A stretch of DNA of 64,000 nucleotides from the human T2T-CHM13v2.0 reference genome, Homo sapiens, in the NCBI RefSeq assembly GCF_009914755.1, contig NC_060928.1. One strand, given 5' to 3'. The notes under the pieces are model-generated. The model was not told where the DNA came from. It was given only the letters and a program-made list of their open reading frames with translations, and ran no database searches. Shown in pieces: positions 54,702-64,000 of this stretch. The position numbers and the translations under genes are program-made. Numbering within the stretch: the first letter of the stretch is position 1; every line of letters begins with the position of its first letter.

Positions 54702-56139
54702 GCAACAAAATATATGTATATTTCCAGTTATATGAGGAGACAAAAAAATGTGAGGAACTTAGACAAATTCATCAAAAGGCAATCAACTAACATTGTTTAA
54801 GGATCCAATTCTATGCAATTCAACAGCACAATAGGCATGTGAGTAGTTTTCTTTTGAACCAACTTGACTGGATGCTGCTCTCAAGGACAGGGAAGATAAG
54901 CTGCTACCCAGGGCTTCTCTGTGGGGAGTGCTGAAAGAGAATCACACAGCCATAAGCCCTTCAAATGAATGTAAGAGGCAGGCTCCTCTCTTCCCATAGA
55001 GAACTATTTGGAAAATAAATTACTTATCTTTGATAACTCAATGTTCAATTTGCCTCTGGTGCCCTTTTGGAGGTGAGAGGCAGAAAAAGGTGAAGCAGTT
55101 ACCTTGTAAGAACCTATCTTGCATCCTCGTGCACAGTGATGTTAGGGAGTTAAGCCAGAGAGGTTGCAGGACAAGAGACGAGTAAGTTATTTTTATACGC
55201 ATGTGTGAGAGGAGAAACCGATAAAGGGTGGATATTATTAAATCTTAAATGATGATGTTCAAATTGAACAGAACACCCTAGTAGTGCCAAAGGGAGAGAA
55301 TATTAATAAAGAGAAAAATCTAAAAATTTTTTTTTTTATGGATCAACTTAACATTTACTTTAAATGTCTATTGTACTCTGGGTCTGTTATTTGTAAAATA
55401 TGCTGATTATGTTTCTGAAATAGACACTTTTTATTTAACAACATTAACGTACAGACTCATTCATAACTGGAAGTATGTTAAAGCAGCAAAAATAGTAATT
55501 GAAATAGCTTTCACCTCTAATGCTCTCAAAACTTTATATTCTTTTCAATTAGTAACTTTTGGCTTCTAGTGAGATAGCAAGAATGAAAGAAAAATGGATA
55601 TAGAAAACTATAGAGGAATGAGAGTCTCAAATTTTGCTCCAGAGTATTTTTTTTGAAAGCAAGAGAGTGGAATAGACAAAGCTTTTTCCCATCCCGCATA
55701 ATTGGAGTTGAAATACTATCTTTCATTTGTAACAAAAAGTAAATATAATACAGCAGATATTCTCTCACACACTCCACTGACTTCTTCATGTATCTTAAAA
55801 ATACATGAAAAATTATTACTAAGGTTCTATTACTTGGGCATTTTAGTGAAATAAAAGAAACAGAGAAGATTTACTTGTCTAATTTTGCTAAAACATACGA
55901 CATCATTAGCACTTCAGACATTCTTATCTGACTTTCTCCCACATTTCTCTCTTTCTTTTCTCATTTTCTCCTATCCTCATCCTCACTGGCTTAACTACCA
56001 ACACACCAATAATTTCAAATAAGATAAAAAAAATTCAAAGACTTATTCCATGGTGCTTATTGCCAAATTATCTAAAATGAAATAATTATTAAATAAAGAA
56101 TTCTAATTAGGGACACAAAAATGTGAGTATGTTGAAAAC

Positions 56140-56420
56140 AAATTGGTTTTGCTTTCCACCACCTATGTGACAGTAGGGCATTTAACCTTTATGAGCTTCA
56201 ATTTTCTCATCCGTAGAATGGAGATTATCATTTCTAGCTAATATAGTTTTTAGTAAGTTTAAGCAAGGCAACATTTACAGTGTCAGTTGAAGCTCTTCAC
56301 ACCAATTCTAAGATATTGGGGCTGCATTATTCTCACTATTGTAGATGAAGAAACTGAAGTCTTTGCGAGTTTTCCTCACTTGCCTGAGGTCATTAAACAT
56401 GCAGGAAATCTGACTACTCA
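56140..56420. mobile_element. Two MIR fragments in opposite orientation
   Basis: tttaacctttatgagcttcaattttctcatccgtagaatgg (+) and tattgtagatgaagaaactgaag...cacttgcctgaggtca (-). Confidence 0.7.
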
Positions 56421-56899
56421 TTAGAAAAACTATATTACACTATTCTATAGGACAACATAATAACATTTCTTCTCAATCATGCTGCTTATCATGTAGTCTG
56501 AAGAGTAGTTACTGATGCTATAGTAATTTAAGCCCCATCTTTATGGAAATTTGCTCCTTCGAACTCCTTCAAAGAAACATAAAAATAAAATCCAAGAACT
56601 AATATAAAACAACACAAATTTGCTTAAAGACAGGGTTACTATGGCATATGTTCTCTTTGAGTATGGAACAGAATGTAAAACTGTTGGTTTAGAGCAATCC
56701 ACTTTTAGCTGGATTGCATAATGACTCAAGGGCAACAACATGGTGTTTTATAGTCATAAGTTAGCAATACTTGTGAAAAAATGCCTTAGAGTTCTGTAAA
56801 TAAGATTCTTTTGGTCTACTTATTGAGAAATAGTATGATTAACTCACAGTACACACATGCACATACCTGTATATTTGTTTTTCTAAGAGCTTATCCATA

Positions 56900-57395
56900 C
56901 AATTCACTCATTCAACAAATATTTTTAAATAACACTTTGTGTCATGCACTGTAATTGGCAGAAAGAATAGCAGGGTGACAAAGACACAGAAGATACTTAC
57001 ACAGTTATGAAACTTATATTTATATGTTGGAGACAAGCAATGCCCTATTAAATAATTAAAAATAAAACAGTTACAGATTGTGAAAAGTTTAGTGAAGGAA
57101 ATAAAATCATTAATTATGGTAACTGAGTAAACAGGAAAGGTATGGTTTTAGACAGAATGGTCATGAAATGTGTTGCTCATTCTGGAGGTGCTATGTAAGA
57201 TACCTGAAGGATGAGAAGGAGCCAGGTAGGTGAAGAACTAGAGTATGATTAAGACAGAGGAGATAGAGAGTTCAGAGCCTCTGGGGAAGGAAGTGAATTC
57301 TCATGCTCTGGGAACACAGGGAGACCTACATGCCTGGACAAGAGCAATTCGGAGAGTGATTTGAGATGATGTTGGAGAAATTTACAAGACCACAG
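56900..57395 (-). mobile_element. L2 3' fragment
   Basis: attcactcattcaacaaatattt...gtgtcatgcactgt...acctgaaggatgagaaggagccag. Confidence 0.75.
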
Positions 57396-57775
57396 TTTCT
57401 TTAGGCAGTTCAGGCTGCTACAACAAAAATATCTTAGACTGGGTTGCTTGAACAGCAGAAATTTATTTCTCATAGTTCTAGAGGCTGGATCATCCAGGAT
57501 TGGGGTGCCAGCAATGGTCAGGTTCTGGTAAAGGCTCTCTTTTTGGCTTGCAGATGGCCACCTTCATGTTGTGTACACACCTAGTGGAAACAGAAGGAAG
57601 CACGGTCTCTTTCTTTTATTATAAAGGCACTAATCTCATAATGAGGGCTCCTCCTTCATGATTTCATCTAAACCTAATTACCTCCCCAAAACACAACCTC
57701 CAAATACCAACTCACAGAAAATTAGCACATCAACATATGAATTTGGAAGGGGTCACAAACATTCAGTTCACACCA
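57396..57775 (-). mobile_element. MLT1A/MSTD-type solo LTR inserted in the L2
   Basis: caggctgctacaacaaaaatatcttagactggg...atttatttctcatagttctagaggctgg...caacatatgaatttgg...cacaaacattcag. Confidence 0.85.
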
Positions 57776-59318
57776 ATAATCATGCAGGAATCTCAGACCA
57801 TGATATGGAAATGGTATTATAGTCTCAAGAAATATAATACACCAAGAAACACAATTAATTTAAACATGCAGTCTAATAGAATATATATGTAATAGACACA
57901 GATTTTCATTATTTCAATAAAATCAGAAACTGAAATGTAGCTTTTTCTTAGTTGATATAGCCAGTGCAATGTTCTGTAAATCCATCATCTTGCTAGATAG
58001 TGAAGAAAGGCAGGGATATAGAATTGCTGTGGTAGTGGTAGAAACTTCATCCTTTACAAACTCAGTCTTCTTGACAAGAATTACGTATGGTAGACTAGCA
58101 ACTTTTACTCAAATTGGTTGCTTTTTTCTTTTTCTTCCATTGTAATAGAATTATGTGTTAATATGGCAACGTACCTTAGAAGCTAGATTCCATAGCCTGC
58201 TTGCATCCCATATTTCTCCATGCGGCATGCATAAAATGATGTGTGCAACTTACAGTATCACCTTTTTTTAAGGGAAATTGTTGGACTTCAAACCCTTCTT
58301 TCCCCGTCTTTTGAGCTAAAAAGCATAATGGTTTGAAACCTTGTTTCAAATATGTAGATAAAGACGATATCCTGACAGTTTAGGGAATTGAGGTGCCTAA
58401 AGATGGAAGAACCAGGGGCCTGAATGACCCTATAGAACACATCTTCCCTACTAGTCAAGATAACACTTCTGCAGTGTTACAAGAACACAGGTTAATGAAC
58501 AAAATATAGGCCTATATTTCATGTAGGGGTAAATGGGACTTCATGTCCCAGGGAAAATGAAGGCTTGGGTTGGTAGGCATGAGATAGGGGTCACAGTTCT
58601 ATCATCAAGGAGAACAGTGGCTATATTTCATCTTCTGGGCCTTCTCTCTGAGAGATGCCTTTAATCTAACTAGCCACTGACTGCTCTGCCTCAGTTCACT
58701 ATTGAAGTATGGATGAGTAATTCTTAGTTATAGCAGGGGTGTCCAACCCTTGGGCCATAAAGTTGTACCAATCCATGGCGTGTTAGAAACCAGGGCGCAC
58801 ACCAGGAGGTAAGCAATGGGCCATTAAGGGAAGCTTCATCTGTATTTACAGCTACTTCCCATTGGCTGCATTGCCATCTGAGCTCCACCTCCTTTCAGAT
58901 CAGCAGTGGCATTAGATTCTCATAGGAGTACAAACCCTACTGTGTACTTCTCATATGAGGGATCTAGGTTGCCCACTCCTTATGAGAATCTTCTGCTTGA
59001 TGATCTGAGGTGGAGCGGAGGTGGTGATGCTCATGCTGGGGGGTGGCTGCAAATACAGATTAGCATTGGCGGAGAGGTTTGACTATACAGACACCATAAT
59101 AAATCAATTGCTTGCAGACTCATATCAAAATTCTATCACTGAGTTGCAAGTGACAAGTTGCCTCTGGTGGCAGGCTTTAAGTCAGAATTCAATACTTATT
59201 TTAGTCTGCACATGGTCCACCCATTATTTTATTTACCACTTTCACCTGTGCCTCATTCCTGCACTGTGCACTTGTCTCAGTCATAGAATTGGTAAGCCCT
59301 CAAGCTAACCCTAGCCAG

Positions 59319-61459
<2,141 letters not shown>

Positions 61460-62478
61460 TTCTACATCATGCTGAGTTGAGTAATTATTTCATTATATAT
61501 TACAATGTAATAATAATAGAAATAAAGTGCACAAAATATAATGCAGCTCAATCATCCCGAAACCATCCCCTTCACCCCATCCATGGAAAAATTGTCTTCC
61601 ACAAAGCTGGTCCCTGGTGCCAAAAAGGTTGGGGATTGCTGAGTTAGAGCACAGATGTGTTGCCTCAGTCCTACCTTAGTAGTGCAAATTCTTCAGAGTC
61701 TGAGCTTCATTCTGTACTTGGTCCCGCCCTTAAGCTGTTCAAGCTACTGGTAATTCTCTCAGCCCTTGTCCAAGTAAGCCCCCCAGGCAATGACTCACAG
61801 ATAAGTTTCGTGTTGGCCACAAAACATTTGTAATTTCTAGACTTTAACTACACCACATAGTCACTGCAGGAGGCTTGTGAGCAATATCTGAGGCTCCTTC
61901 TGTAACTAATCACTTCCTGCTTATTTTGGAGAAGCTGTGCATGACAATGGACTCTGCTAAAAGGGCAATTAGTAAATGCCTTTTAATAATTTCACCTTCA
62001 ATCTCCTGTATAATCTCCCAGTCCTGTGTGTGTATGTGTGTGTGTGTTTTGATAGGGAACCAGAGCTCTCATGTTTGACTACTTTATTCTTTCACTTTTC
62101 CTTTCTGTGTTCCAGTCTCTTAGACAGAAATAGTTTTGTTTTTTTTTTTAATTTTCTTTCTAATTGGGTGAGAGTATTCCTTATATTATTTCTGTCGACT
62201 TCATGAAGTAGTTTTTGCCCTTGACTTACTGTAGCTATGCTATTGAATGGCTTTAGATGGATCTGGTTTGCTGTAAGAATGGAAAACTATCACCTTAATT
62301 CTTCATAATATTGTCTCCATGATACATGCTTACATATATGTACAGATAATATGTATGATATTAATTTTTGTTACCAACATTTATCGGAAAATTTTCCTAA
62401 AACAAGTAGGTGGATGCTTTTTAAAAATCAGCCTTAAGATTGCCATCTTCAGTCTTTTTTTCAGCCTTCGCCAGAGAT

Positions 62479-62938
62479 TGCTGGGTCCATCCGCAGACCC
62501 TGGCCGGGCTACGGATGAAAGGAGTACTCAGACACAGGTATCCAGTGAAAGAGCAGTTAAGGGACTGCCCGGCAGTAGGTGGCCGAAGAGTGAGCAGTCT
62601 CAATAAGCTGGAGCTCTTTGCTTTTATTCAGTACAGACCTAATGCCAAAAGCCTGGAACCAACACAATCTGTGGGTAATTAACATTGTTGTTCCCCCTTG
62701 TGGGAGCAGTCTCGAATGGGATGATCAAAAGTTGGTTTCTGGACAACATAAGTAAACAAGCCTATTTAGATAAACTCTCTTATATTTCCTTGTACCTACT
62801 CCTCACCCTCTGCTTCAGGGTAAGAGAACAGCTGCCTTCAGCTTATTCTCCTCCAAAGTTTTGCAGAGCCTTCTGACATTTCAAAAGGTCTGCTTCTTTC
62901 CCTACAGCTTCTTCCATCATGCTGACCAATCCCCCATA
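62479..62938 (-). mobile_element. LTR22-type solo LTR (HERV-K22/HML-5), 460 bp, with perfect 6-bp TSD AGAGAT
   Basis: Reverse complement starts tatgggggattggtcagcatgatgg...ctgtagggaaag; minus-strand AATAAA near 62623-62628; agagat at 62473-62478 and 62939-62944, a 6-bp TSD typical of beta-like ERVs. Confidence 0.85.
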
Positions 62939-63493
62939 AGAGATAATGCAAAACTTCACTTGCTAGCCTGAACATAATTTTGTGCTCTATGGCTATCAAA
63001 ATATTTAAATGATGGACAAATTCTTGTATGAGTAAATTATCCTTATGTCTAGTAAGGATGACTATTCAGTCTAGAGAATTCTAATTATGGACTCTTGACA
63101 ATAAGACTTTGAATATTTTCTGTTTCACATATCAGAGTACTCATATGAATCTTCTTGTTACTTCAGTAAATTTTGTATTCAAGGAGTAATTAGGCTTATT
63201 TTTGTAAGGAAGTAAATTCCACCTCAGGAGAACTGTTTAGTGACTTCACTTCCTCTTCTTCAAACTCTCAGAGAAAAATGGAAATGCTTCATGCAAGAGA
63301 TAAGATAAGTCTTCAAAACAACATTTGGTACATTAAAAATTTATTATAGGTGCCAGGATAAATTTGGTGCTACATAACTTTCCTGAACCAATAATGTTTT
63401 AAAGATATTTATGATGCATTATCTGAAATACATTTAAAAACTCATTCTGAAAACTACACAATTCAACTTGTTTTTAATGTAAGCATTATAGGA

Positions 63494-64000
63494 TTTTTTT
63501 TTTATTATTGTACTTTAAGTTGTGGGTTACATGTGCAGAATGTGCAGGTTCGTTACATAGGTATATGTCCCATGGTGGATTCATGAACCCATCAACCTGT
63601 CATCTACATTAGGTATTTCTCCTAATGCTATCCCTCCCCCAGCCCAACACTCCCTGACAGGCCCTGGTGTGTGATGTTCCCCTCCCTGTATCCATGTGTT
63701 CTCATTGTTCAACTTCCACTATAAGTAAGAACATGTGTTGTTTGGTTTTCTGTTCTTGTGTTAGTTTGCTGAGAATGTGGTTTCCAGCCTCATCCAGGTC
63801 CCTGCAAAGGACATGAACTCATCCATTTTTATGGCTGCATAGTATTCCATGGTGTATATGGGTTGCTTCCAAAGCTTTGTTGTTGTGAACAGTGCCATAA
63901 TAAACATAAGTGCATGGGATTTATAATCCTTTGGGTATATACCCAGTAATGGGATTATTGAGTCAAATGGTATTTCTCATTCTAGGTCATTGAGGAATCC
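63494..64000 (-). mobile_element. L1PA6/7-like 3' end, runs off the right edge of the window
   Basis: Poly-T, tactttaagtt...catgtgcagaatgtgcagg...cattaggtatttctcctaatgctatccctcccc; two small internal deletions near 63860 and 63917. Confidence 0.92.

Overview
AT-rich, CpG-depleted primate DNA, most likely hominoid because it carries an L1PA2/3-type insertion and AluY copies. It is intronic or intergenic, and I can support no host protein-coding exon, RNA gene or CRISPR array. Nearly all ORFs in the supplied track are chance ORFs or decayed transposable-element ORFs. Contents: a THE1 (MaLR) element; old and young L1 fragments, two with twin-priming 5' inversions; a decayed ERV1 provirus with HERV-W/HERV9-like gag-pro-pol and an env tail (6024-12298); about ten Alus; several solo LTRs (MER61, LTR40, LTR22/HML-5, LTR19-like, LTR16-like); L2 and MIR fragments; and three essentially full-length DNA transposons (HSMAR2, Tigger2, Charlie3). 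I found no evidence of a new multi-gene system. The most unusual signals are: (i) a 114-bp locally templated copy inside a GGAA-type repeat with a fold-back hairpin at its junction; (ii) the cluster of three full-length DNA transposons; (iii) a THE1 LTR fragment replacing the provirus RNase H/integrase core; and (iv) a minus-strand bias of L1s that suggests a + strand host intron. Repeat subfamily names come from my recollection of consensus sequences and need RepeatMasker/Dfam confirmation.
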